From a virus (taxonomy: Duplodnaviria; Caudoviricetes): DNA of 64,000 bases. The DNA lies in IMG/VR virus record IMGVR_UViG_3300035228_000987, positions 908 through 64,907 of that record, one strand, 5' to 3'. The translations under genes were made by a program, and so were the position numbers. The notes below the pieces were generated by a model, which saw nothing but the letters and a program-made list of their open reading frames with translations, searched no databases and was not told the DNA's origin. Shown here piece after piece: positions 46,310 to 54,645 of this stretch; position 1 is the first letter of the stretch, and each line of letters begins with the position of its first letter.

Positions 46310-47818
46310 ATGAAGAAATACTGTCGTCTCTGTAAGAAGAAAGAATCTAGAGGGGAATGTGGATTTGGTCCTAAGATGTGGGACAAGTACACGGTGAATG
46401 ATGCATCGGATAAAGAAATTAAGGATGCTGCATCTGACTCTGGTATTATAGAGATAAATCTTTCTTACTATGCAGAAGAAGGTCTTCGCGATTGGTTCGG
46501 CAAGTCCAAATCTAAGGATGGTAAATCTGGTTGGGTTAATGTTGTGACTGGTGGAACTTGTGCAAGTGATGAACCTGGTGAAGGGACACCTAAGTGTGTT
46601 TCATCAGCAAAGAGAGCAAGTATGAGTAAGGCAGAAAGAAAATCAGCAGCAAGAAGAAAAAAAGCAGCAGACCCAGGACAACAATCAAAGACTGGTGCTG
46701 CAAAACCAACTTACGTTAAAACTGACAGTACCAGAAAACTGAAAAAAGAAGAAATGGAAGTCAACGAAGCAAAGGACAAGAAAGGTACGAGTAGTGGCAA
46801 AAAAGATGCTTGTTATCATAAGGTCAAGTCTCGTTATTCTGTATGGCCAAGTGCATATGCTTCAGGTGCCCTTGTGAAGTGTCGTAAGAAGGGTGCTGCT
46901 AATTGGGGCAACTCATCAAAGAAAGAAGAGTTCCAAGGGTTTACAGAAGCACAGATTGCAGCACTAGAAGAGATTGGTGCAATTGAACTCAATGAGAAAG
47001 GACAGAAGTGCTGGAAAGGATATGAAAAGAAAGGCACTAAAAAGATGTTTGGTAAGACATATAATAATTGTGTAAAGAAAGAAGGTTATGCACCTGGTGA
47101 TGTAGACCAAAAAGTTGGTGCTGTAACATCTATTCCAAAGGATGAGCAAAATGCTGCTAAAGCAAGGTTACTTGCTAAAGCAAAGGCAAAACGTGAAAAG
47201 ATGAAGAAAGAAGATATTGAATTGACTGATGCTTATGGTGATACCTTCGCAGTTATTGATGACATAGTAAAACCAGAACCACTGAAACCTACAACCCAAG
47301 ATATTGAGTGGGAAATGCTATATGATATGGAAGCAATGACTGAGGCATCAAGACTTCAATCTAAAACAGGTCAAATCTTAATGATAATTGTGTCGTGGAG
47401 AGGTAGATCTTTCTCTGTAAAGATGTTCTTCCCACAAACAACAATGCCTACTAGAAAGGAAATTGAAGTAGAGATACAAAAATTATATCCTGGTGGAAAA
47501 GTAAACTATGTCTCTGGTTCTCAAATTGAACCAGGGCAACCTTTAATACAAGTCACTAACGAAGACTGGCAAAAAGTAAATAAGAAAGATAAGACTGATG
47601 GTATGAGTTCTGCTGCTGTTAAAGCATATCGTAGAGAGAATCCTGATTCAAAATTAAAGACTGCTGTAACTGGTGATCCTAAATCAGGTAGTAAAGACTC
47701 TAAACGCAGAAAGTCGTATTGTGCCAGATCAAAAGGTCAACAAGATATGCACAATATTGATTGTTCTAAAACACCAGATAAACCAGTATGCAAAGCACGT
47801 AGACGTTGGAAGTGTTGA
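46310..47818 (+). CDS. Modular Lys/Cys-rich protein (probable head-internal protein)
   Basis: ATG 46310 preferred over TTG 46298; basic modules KDACYHKVK..WPSAYASG, KCWKGY and RRKSYCAR. Confidence 0.75.
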   Translation: MKKYCRLCKKKESRGECGFGPKMWDKYTVNDASDKEIKDAASDSGIIEINLSYYAEEGLRDWFGKSKSKDGKSGWVNVVTGGTCASDEPGEGTPKCVSSAKRASMSKAERKSAARRKKAADPGQQSKTGAAKPTYVKTDSTRKLKKEEMEVNEAKDKKGTSSGKKDACYHKVKSRYSVWPSAYASGALVKCRKKGAANWGNSSKKEEFQGFTEAQIAALEEIGAIELNEKGQKCWKGYEKKGTKKMFGKTYNNCVKKEGYAPGDVDQKVGAVTSIPKDEQNAAKARLLAKAKAKREKMKKEDIELTDAYGDTFAVIDDIVKPEPLKPTTQDIEWEMLYDMEAMTEASRLQSKTGQILMIIVSWRGRSFSVKMFFPQTTMPTRKEIEVEIQKLYPGGKVNYVSGSQIEPGQPLIQVTNEDWQKVNKKDKTDGMSSAAVKAYRRENPDSKLKTAVTGDPKSGSKDSKRRKSYCARSKGQQDMHNIDCSKTPDKPVCKARRRWKC

Positions 47819-47849
47819 TTTAAGAGTATCTTTGTTATTCTTATAGCTA

Positions 47850-47874
47850 TCCTATCAACCTTAACAAAGATATT
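47850..47874. repeat. 25-bp dispersed repeat, copy 1 (copy 2 at 63874-63898)
   Basis: TCCTATCAACCTTAACAAAGATATT is identical at both intergenic sites. Confidence 0.92.
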
Positions 47875-47900
47875 ATAGTTAGGAAATACTAACTTGTCAA
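47872..47900 (-). promoter_or_regulatory. Minus-strand consensus sigma70 promoter (antisense)
   Basis: Reverse complement reads TTGACA (47900-47895), 17 nt, TATAAT (47877-47872). Confidence 0.8.
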
Positions 47901-47978
47901 GTGTTAATCTTTACGACATAAATGTTGTAGCATCTATATACATTAATAACCTAAGGTTATTTTTATGGGAATTAATTC

Positions 47979-48209
47979 ATGCAAACTACCTTATTAGGTC
48001 TTTACCTAACTGTTTTTATCATCGCATGTCTACTTGTGTATGGTGGATATGAAAGCACCATACGTCTTTTTTATTATTTGGACTTACAACTGAGATTTTT
48101 AATCATTAGAGTAAGAATGTATTTTATGTCACGTAGGTTAAAAAAACAACTTAACCTATCATCATTACCCGAGTTGAAAGAATTAAAACAAAAAACAAAA
48201 GGAAATTAA
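47979..48209 (+). CDS. Small membrane protein
   Basis: N-terminal TM segment (LLGLYLTVFIIACLLVYGG) and basic tail. Confidence 0.7.
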   Translation: MQTTLLGLYLTVFIIACLLVYGGYESTIRLFYYLDLQLRFLIIRVRMYFMSRRLKKQLNLSSLPELKELKQKTKGN

Positions 48210-48212
48210 AAA

Positions 48213-48479
48213 ATGATCAACGATAGAGAACTGTCCGACCTGACTCTCAGCAGGAAGGAATGTCCAAAATGTCGTGCAATATGGATCAATGGTGAACATT
48301 ATTGGTCTGGTACTGGAACCAAGGGAAATGAGGTAGATCTTGCAGGTCTTGTTTGCAATAAACTTGGTGATCATCAATGTATTAATCCAATGAAGGGTAT
48401 TGATGGTGGAGATACATGGGAGAAAAGACTTGATATTTTAGAGAAAGGTATAGAAGAAAAACTTAAGGATGAAAATTAG
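48213..48479 (+). CDS. Conserved Cys-containing hypothetical protein
   Basis: KECPKC..WINGEHYW..DLAGLVCN..CINP motif. Confidence 0.75.
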   Translation: MINDRELSDLTLSRKECPKCRAIWINGEHYWSGTGTKGNEVDLAGLVCNKLGDHQCINPMKGIDGGDTWEKRLDILEKGIEEKLKDEN

Positions 48480-48566
48480 TAAAATATCAAAATGTATTAT
48501 ATCAAAGGGTGAAATTCATACAAGAATATATAAGTTAAAGAATACTTTTTTATAAGAGTACTGAGA

Positions 48567-48704
48567 ATGACAGAAGAACAGGAAAAAGAACTTCGTGTTA
48601 GGATGATGCGAGTAAAAATTGATCTCCTTATGGAAGAACCATGCCCAATTTACGAGGCAACTGGAAAAGATTGGGAAGATTTTTGGTATACTGAAGATAA
48701 GTAA
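48567..48704 (+). CDS. Hypothetical protein, 45 aa
   Basis: ATG 48567 to TAA 48704 (MTEEQEKELRVRMMRVKIDLLMEEPCP...); stop overlaps next ATG. Confidence 0.55.
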   Translation: MTEEQEKELRVRMMRVKIDLLMEEPCPIYEATGKDWEDFWYTEDK

Positions 48705-48910
48705 TGAATTTTTTTCTTAGACCTTTAGAGAATAGTAGTGATCCAACTTGGAGTGTTATTATTTCAATAATAATATTACTCATAGGTGTATCGTATTACA
48801 TCACCTATATAATGCGTATGGCTTTTGATGAATTGGACGATGGCGGATCAAATCAATCAGAAGGACGCAGACCAGGACCAACTTCTAGCACTCCTGACAC
48901 ACAGGATTGA
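48704..48910 (+). CDS. Small single-TM membrane protein
   Basis: DPTWSVIISIIILLIGVSYYITYI hydrophobic helix. Confidence 0.65.
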   Translation: MNFFLRPLENSSDPTWSVIISIIILLIGVSYYITYIMRMAFDELDDGGSNQSEGRRPGPTSSTPDTQD

Positions 48911-49112
48911 AGATGCTGAAAAGATGACAGAAGAACTCCGTGATAGAGTTCGTAAACTAGAGAAGTGGGTATGGAGTGCAACAGCAGTCCTATCTGCAGC
49001 AATCACAATTATTGGAATAGCAACCGCAGCAGAATCAAAGGAGATCAATTATGGGAGCAATGACACCACCAAGCAGGAAGTCCTGCTACAACTTCCGAGT
49101 CACGGAGATTAA
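48840..49112 (+). CDS. Coiled-coil plus C-terminal TM protein (XhlA/holin-like architecture)
   Basis: RIEDAEK..ELRDRVRKLEKWVW followed by hydrophobic SATAVLSAAITIIGIA; ATG 48840. Confidence 0.6.
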   Translation: MADQINQKDADQDQLLALLTHRIEDAEKMTEELRDRVRKLEKWVWSATAVLSAAITIIGIATAAESKEINYGSNDTTKQEVLLQLPSHGD

Positions 49113-49512
49113 TCGTGTTCTTGATGGCGATACTATCGATGTCACTATTGACCTCGGGTTTGATTTATACAAGAAAGAAAGAGTTAGAGTTGCAGGAGTT
49201 GATACACCAGAGAAAAGAACGAGAAATCTTGAGGAGAAGGCTCTGGGACTAGATGCTACCAACTGGATGAAAGAAAAACTAGAAGGAGCAATTGCTGGTG
49301 ATGACGAACTCTCTGTCAGAACTGAATTGGTTGGCGGTATGGGTAAGTACGGTCGCCTTCTTGGTTGGTTATATATTGGAGACGCAGAAGTATCACTGAA
49401 TGAACAGATGATTACTGAAGGTTATGCTCATGCTTATGATGGTGGTACTAAGGATATGAACTTAGAAGCACTTAGGGTGATTCGTAGAGCACATGGTACG
49501 TTAGTAGAGTAA
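49051..49512 (+). CDS. Thermonuclease (staphylococcal nuclease-like) protein
   Basis: RVLDGDTIDV, RVRVAGVDTPE, GKYGRLLG and MITEGYA motifs. Confidence 0.88.
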   Translation: MGAMTPPSRKSCYNFRVTEINRVLDGDTIDVTIDLGFDLYKKERVRVAGVDTPEKRTRNLEEKALGLDATNWMKEKLEGAIAGDDELSVRTELVGGMGKYGRLLGWLYIGDAEVSLNEQMITEGYAHAYDGGTKDMNLEALRVIRRAHGTLVE

Positions 49513-49513
49513 A

Positions 49514-49681
49514 ATGTTTAAATTCAACTTGACTCTGGAGGATTATACTATTATTTTAAATGCCCTCCATTATTATAAGAAAGTTAAGAAGAGAGGAAAC
49601 TTTCAACAGTATGATGAAAAAAGGATAAATGAACTTAGAGATAGAATGTCTAAACAGTTGACTAATATATTTGGAGAATGA
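49514..49681 (+). CDS. Hypothetical protein, 55 aa
   Basis: MFKFNLTLEDYTIILNALHYYKK...; fills the gap between nuclease and g17. Confidence 0.65.
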   Translation: MFKFNLTLEDYTIILNALHYYKKVKKRGNFQQYDEKRINELRDRMSKQLTNIFGE

Positions 49682-49685
49682 TTAG

Positions 49686-51332
49686 ATGAGTGAAGGAATA
49701 TATCTTGGTAATCCTAATCTAAAAAAAGCAAATACTCCAATTGAGTTTGATGCAAATCAGATTGAGGAGTTTATCCAGTGTAAGGATGATCCTGTATATT
49801 TTGCAAAGAACTATGTAAAGATTGTTTCTCTTGACGAGGGTCTTGTTCCCTTTAACATGTATCAGTTTCAAGAAAAACTTATTAGAAACTTTCATAATCA
49901 TAGATTTAACATATGTAAGATGCCACGACAGACTGGTAAGTCTACGACGTGTGTATCATATCTACTTCATTATGCAGTATTCAATGATAATGTAAACGTT
50001 GCTATTCTTGCAAACAAAGCGTCTACTGCTAGGGATCTTCTCAGTAGATTACAACTTGCATACGAGAACCTACCCAAATGGATGCAACAGGGTATAATAT
50101 CATGGAACAAGGGATCTCTGGAGTTAGAAAATGGCAGTAAGATATTGGCAGCTTCTACATCTGCGAGTGCTGTCCGAGGTGGTTCCTATAATGTCATCTT
50201 CCTCGATGAGTTCGCATTCATTCCAAACCATATTGCAGACCAATTCTTTGCATCTGTTTATCCTACTATATCTTCTGGTAAAAGCACGAAAGTCTTAATT
50301 GTTTCTACCCCACACGGTATGAATCACTTTTACCGTATGTGGCATGATTCGGAGAAAGGTGATAATGATTATATACCGACAGAAGTTCATTGGTCAGAAG
50401 TTCCTGGTAGAGATGCTGAATGGAAGAGACAGACTATTTCAAACACTTCAGACCAACAGTTCAAGGTTGAGTTTGAGTGTGAGTTCTTAGGATCTGTTGA
50501 TACTCTAATTGCACCTAGTAAATTAAGAACATTAGCATATGATAATCCAATAAAGAAAAATGCTGGATTAGATGTCCACTGTGATCCACAACAAAATCAT
50601 GATTATATTATGACAGTTGACGTTGCCAGAGGTGTTGGTAATGATTACTCTGCATTTACTGTTATTGATATAACTAGTTTTCCCCACAAGGTAGTAGCAA
50701 AATATAGAAATAATGAGATAAAACCAATGTTATTTCCTAATATAATATGGGAAGTTGCTAAGTCTTATAATAATTCATTTATATTATGTGAGGTAAATGA
50801 TGTTGGTGATCAGGTTGCATCAATTATTCAATACGATTTGGAGTATCAGAATCTTCTTATGTGTTCCATGCGGGGTAGAGCAGGGCAAGTTGTAGGTCAA
50901 GGTTTTTCTGGAAAGAAAACACAGTTAGGATTGAAAATGTCTAAGACTGTAAAGAAGGTTGGATCTCTTAATCTCAAAGCAATGATTGAGGAAGATAAAC
51001 TTTTTATCAATGACTATGAAATTATTTCGGAATTAACTACCTTTATTCAAAAAAATAACTCATTTGAAGCTGAGGAAGGTTGTAATGATGACCTTGCAAT
51101 GTGTCTAGTAATTTATGCGTGGTTGGTTGCTCAAGATTATTTCAAAGAACTGACCGATCAGGATATTAGAAAGAGATTATATGATGAACAAAAAAATCAA
51201 ATTGAACAAGATATGGCACCTTTTGGTTTCATGTCTGACGGATTAGATGATACTTCTTTTGTAGATTCTAATGGTGATAGATGGCACACTGACGAATATG
51301 GGGATCGTTCTTATATGTGGGATTATATGTGA
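49686..51332 (+). CDS. gp17: Terminase large subunit gp17
   Basis: Walker A PRQTGKST, Walker B IFLDEFAF, STPHG, and nuclease DVARG and NDDLAM motifs. Confidence 0.97.
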   Translation: MSEGIYLGNPNLKKANTPIEFDANQIEEFIQCKDDPVYFAKNYVKIVSLDEGLVPFNMYQFQEKLIRNFHNHRFNICKMPRQTGKSTTCVSYLLHYAVFNDNVNVAILANKASTARDLLSRLQLAYENLPKWMQQGIISWNKGSLELENGSKILAASTSASAVRGGSYNVIFLDEFAFIPNHIADQFFASVYPTISSGKSTKVLIVSTPHGMNHFYRMWHDSEKGDNDYIPTEVHWSEVPGRDAEWKRQTISNTSDQQFKVEFECEFLGSVDTLIAPSKLRTLAYDNPIKKNAGLDVHCDPQQNHDYIMTVDVARGVGNDYSAFTVIDITSFPHKVVAKYRNNEIKPMLFPNIIWEVAKSYNNSFILCEVNDVGDQVASIIQYDLEYQNLLMCSMRGRAGQVVGQGFSGKKTQLGLKMSKTVKKVGSLNLKAMIEEDKLFINDYEIISELTTFIQKNNSFEAEEGCNDDLAMCLVIYAWLVAQDYFKELTDQDIRKRLYDEQKNQIEQDMAPFGFMSDGLDDTSFVDSNGDRWHTDEYGDRSYMWDYM

Positions 51333-51595
51333 TGGATCTTGAACAACAGTTTTCATCGGAGCATTTATTTTTTGCTCAAAGAAAATGTCGTTCGTGTGGA
51401 GAGGTGAAAGATCTTATAGATGGATTTTATAAAATAAGAAGCTCTAGAGTAGATTTAAGTTCTTCATATTCATACGAGTGTAAGATATGTACCATAAAAA
51501 GAGTAACTGAGTCTAGGAAAAAAAAGAAAGATAAGACAGACATACCATATGATCCTGTACTTAGATATGGACCAGATATTTACCCTGACTGGTAG
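51332..51595 (+). CDS. Small zinc-finger protein
   Basis: CRSCGEVK..FY..YECKIC (CxxC...CxxC); ATG 51332 overlaps the g17 stop. Confidence 0.75.
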   Translation: MDLEQQFSSEHLFFAQRKCRSCGEVKDLIDGFYKIRSSRVDLSSSYSYECKICTIKRVTESRKKKKDKTDIPYDPVLRYGPDIYPDW

Positions 51596-51634
51596 TTGTT
51601 CATGCAGTGTTTCCCCTCTGAAAAACATACAAAC

Positions 51635-51642
51635 TATAAATA
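51635..51642 (+). promoter_or_regulatory. T4 gp55-type late promoter for g18
   Basis: Exact TATAAATA. Confidence 0.8.
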
Positions 51643-51676
51643 TTTCTAGTTAATTTACGGAAACGGAGAAAAACGA

Positions 51677-53914
51677 ATGGCGACTCCTCAATTATCTCCC
51701 GGTATTAGAGTCAGGGAAGTTGACCTAACAGTCGGAAGAGCTGAAAATGTAAACCCAACTAGTGCGGGTATTGTTGCTCCTTTTGAAAAAGGACCAATTG
51801 AACAAGTATATACCATTGAGACTGAAGCAGAACTTCTTGATGTCTTTGGTGGACCACAATCTGTTGGTAATCACTTTGAATATTGGTTAAGTGCGTCATC
51901 ATATCTTGCATATGGCGGTGTTCTAAAAGTTGTTCGTGCCGACGCTGGTAGACTTAGAAGTGCAAATGCTGGTGTTGGAATTGCATCAACAACGACTCTG
52001 AAAATTAAGAGTTATGATGATTATACTGAGTCTTATTCAAATTCAACAAATTTCACTTATGCAGCAAAAGACCCCGGTTCATGGGCAAATAATCTGAAAG
52101 TTTGTCAGATTGACGACATTGCAGACCAAACAGTCGGTATTACAACAACTGACCTATACGGCATTGGTGCTAAAATTGGTTTTGGTGTTACTGTTGGAAT
52201 TAACAGTCTCTCCGTTGCTAGTGCTGGTATTGCAAAAACCTTTACAGGTTTCCTTAAGGGTATTGTTACTGGTGTAAGAACTGATACCGTTGGAGCAAAC
52301 AGTGAGATTGACGTTAAAATCGTTTCTCGTGTAGAAACTGTTGGTGGTGGTTCAACCGAGGTTGCAATTACATATGCTGAAGGAAATGCAAATTCTTCTG
52401 TTATTACTGGAGCAAATCTAACATTCGTTTCTTCTGCCGGAATCAACACAAATAATGGCGGTAATGGTGATGTTGGCGGTTTCACTGCTGCTTCATCTGT
52501 TGACTGGTATGATACTCAGACTCTTGGTCTTGATAACTCAACACTGTTCTGGAAAACTATTGCACCAAAACCAACAACAAACGCTTTCTCACTCGCCAGA
52601 AGTGGTAAAGGCGATGCGGTGCATATCGTAGTTGTTGATGATAGTGGTAATATTACTGGTAACCAAGGAACAATTCTTGAGAAGCACCTCTTCCTTTCAA
52701 AAGCATCAGATGCTATCTCTAATGTAAACTCACCACAAAGAACTTTCTATAAGAACTATATTGCAGATAACTCTGCTTATATATTTGCAGGTTACAATGC
52801 ATCTCAAGCAGGAGATGCTGTGTTTAATACTCGTCCAACATCTGTTGCATTTGGTGGAACTAGTTTCACTGAAATATCCATCTCCGATGGAGCCTGGGGT
52901 TCAAAAGCTCAAGGAGTAACTTATAGTTCTCTTGGCAACGTAACTTACACTCTTACTGGTGGTAAGAACTACGATGGTAATGAAAATGTCGGTGCATCTA
53001 CAGCACTTACTGCTTCTCTTGGAACCTTAATGACCGGTTATGATAAGTTCTTGGATGACTCTGAGATTGATGTTGATTTCTTACTTATGGGTCCAGGACT
53101 TGCCAATAAGGAAGAGTCCCAAGCAAAAGCAAATAAACTGATCCAAATTGCGGATACAAGATCTGATTGTCTAGCAGTCATTTCTCCACATAGATCTGCA
53201 GTTGTTAACGTAACAAATGCTGATCAGCAGACATCAAATGTAATTGATTTCTTCTCACCTGTAACATCTTCATCTTACGCTGTATTTGACTCTGGATACA
53301 AGTACATGTATGACAGATTCAATGATACCTTCCGTTATATTCCATGCAACTCTGATATTGCTGGAATTATGGCAAGAACTGTACGAGACACTTTCCCATG
53401 GTTCTCACCCGCAGGTCAGCAGAGAGGTGTTCTTCTGAATGCTGTGAAACTTGCATATAACCCAACCAAGGCACAGAGAGACCTTCTCTATCCAAGAAGA
53501 ATTAATCCTGTGGTTAATAAGCCTGGTGTTGGCGTAATGCTCTTTGGAGATAAGACTGGTCTTAACTATGCATCAGCATTTGATAGAATCAACGTTCGTC
53601 GCTTGTTCCTATTTGTACAAGACGCACTTAAGAATGCTGCAAACGCTCAACTCTTTGAATTCAACGATGAGATCACCAGAGCGAACTTTGTCAACATTGT
53701 TGAACCATTCTTGAGAGATATTCAATCCAAGAGAGGACTTTTTGACTTCCTTGTTGTTTGTGACGAATCAAATAATACTCCAGATGTCATCGATGGTAAT
53801 GAGTTCCGTGCAGACATCTTCTTGAAGCCAGTTAAGTCTATTAACTACATTGAACTAACTTTCGTTGCGACAAGAACGGGCATCAGCTTCAATGAAGTTG
53901 CTGGTCGCGTTTGA
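51677..53914 (+). CDS. gp18: Tail sheath protein gp18
   Basis: LSPGIRVREVDLT, PWFSPAG, FDRINVRRLF and FEFNDEITR motifs. Confidence 0.97.
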   Translation: MATPQLSPGIRVREVDLTVGRAENVNPTSAGIVAPFEKGPIEQVYTIETEAELLDVFGGPQSVGNHFEYWLSASSYLAYGGVLKVVRADAGRLRSANAGVGIASTTTLKIKSYDDYTESYSNSTNFTYAAKDPGSWANNLKVCQIDDIADQTVGITTTDLYGIGAKIGFGVTVGINSLSVASAGIAKTFTGFLKGIVTGVRTDTVGANSEIDVKIVSRVETVGGGSTEVAITYAEGNANSSVITGANLTFVSSAGINTNNGGNGDVGGFTAASSVDWYDTQTLGLDNSTLFWKTIAPKPTTNAFSLARSGKGDAVHIVVVDDSGNITGNQGTILEKHLFLSKASDAISNVNSPQRTFYKNYIADNSAYIFAGYNASQAGDAVFNTRPTSVAFGGTSFTEISISDGAWGSKAQGVTYSSLGNVTYTLTGGKNYDGNENVGASTALTASLGTLMTGYDKFLDDSEIDVDFLLMGPGLANKEESQAKANKLIQIADTRSDCLAVISPHRSAVVNVTNADQQTSNVIDFFSPVTSSSYAVFDSGYKYMYDRFNDTFRYIPCNSDIAGIMARTVRDTFPWFSPAGQQRGVLLNAVKLAYNPTKAQRDLLYPRRINPVVNKPGVGVMLFGDKTGLNYASAFDRINVRRLFLFVQDALKNAANAQLFEFNDEITRANFVNIVEPFLRDIQSKRGLFDFLVVCDESNNTPDVIDGNEFRADIFLKPVKSINYIELTFVATRTGISFNEVAGRV

Positions 53915-53950
53915 TATTAATTTTCTAGAAAACCCAGGAGGAACCTAACA

Positions 53951-54601
53951 ATGGCTTTAAGAACAATCTCAAACTTTAAGTCCAGACTACAGGGCGGCGG
54001 TGCTCGCCCCAACCTTTTTGAAGTTGATATCCCTGCATTCCCTGCAGCGGCACTCAACTCAGAAAATCCTGCAACTTGGCAATCTGCAGAACAGGAAACA
54101 TTCAGATTTATGTGCAAATCTGCTGCTCTGCCAGCATCAAATGTCGCTCCAATTGACGTACCTTTTAGAGGACGTACTCTAAAAGTTGCTGGAGACAGAA
54201 CTTTTGATACCTGGACAGTAACCATCATTAACGATGAAGACTTCTTACTGAGATCTCAGTTTGAAGCATGGATGAACGCAATCAGTAAACTTGATAACGC
54301 TTCTGGTGCAACCAATCCTTCTTCGTACATGACTGATGCTTATGTTCATCAGTTGGGACGTGGTTACAATGCAGGTAGATTCTCACAAACTAGTGATGGA
54401 ACCGATGCTGCCGGTGCAGGTGGCAACGTACCATCACCAAAACTGAGAACATATCGCTTCTACGACATCTTCCCAACCAATGTATCGCAGATTGATCTGT
54501 CATATGATACTGGTGATACCATTGAAGAATTCACTGTTGAATTCCAAGTACAATACTGGACATCACCTGGTAACGATCAGTCTGGTCAAACCATCGCCTG
54601 A
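53951..54601 (+). CDS. gp19: Tail tube protein gp19
   Basis: GGARPNLFEV, FRGRTLKVAGDRTFD.W and IEEFTVEFQ motifs. Confidence 0.96.
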   Translation: MALRTISNFKSRLQGGGARPNLFEVDIPAFPAAALNSENPATWQSAEQETFRFMCKSAALPASNVAPIDVPFRGRTLKVAGDRTFDTWTVTIINDEDFLLRSQFEAWMNAISKLDNASGATNPSSYMTDAYVHQLGRGYNAGRFSQTSDGTDAAGAGGNVPSPKLRTYRFYDIFPTNVSQIDLSYDTGDTIEEFTVEFQVQYWTSPGNDQSGQTIA

Positions 54602-54645
54602 TTTAATCTAATAAATAGAACAGTAAGAATTCTGTTCTGTCATAG

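Noticed and set aside
48495-48524. Possible third minus-strand promoter (TTGTAT-16-TATAAT)
   Set aside because: Weak -35, short spacer, AT-rich context, and it lacks the shared 25-bp block.
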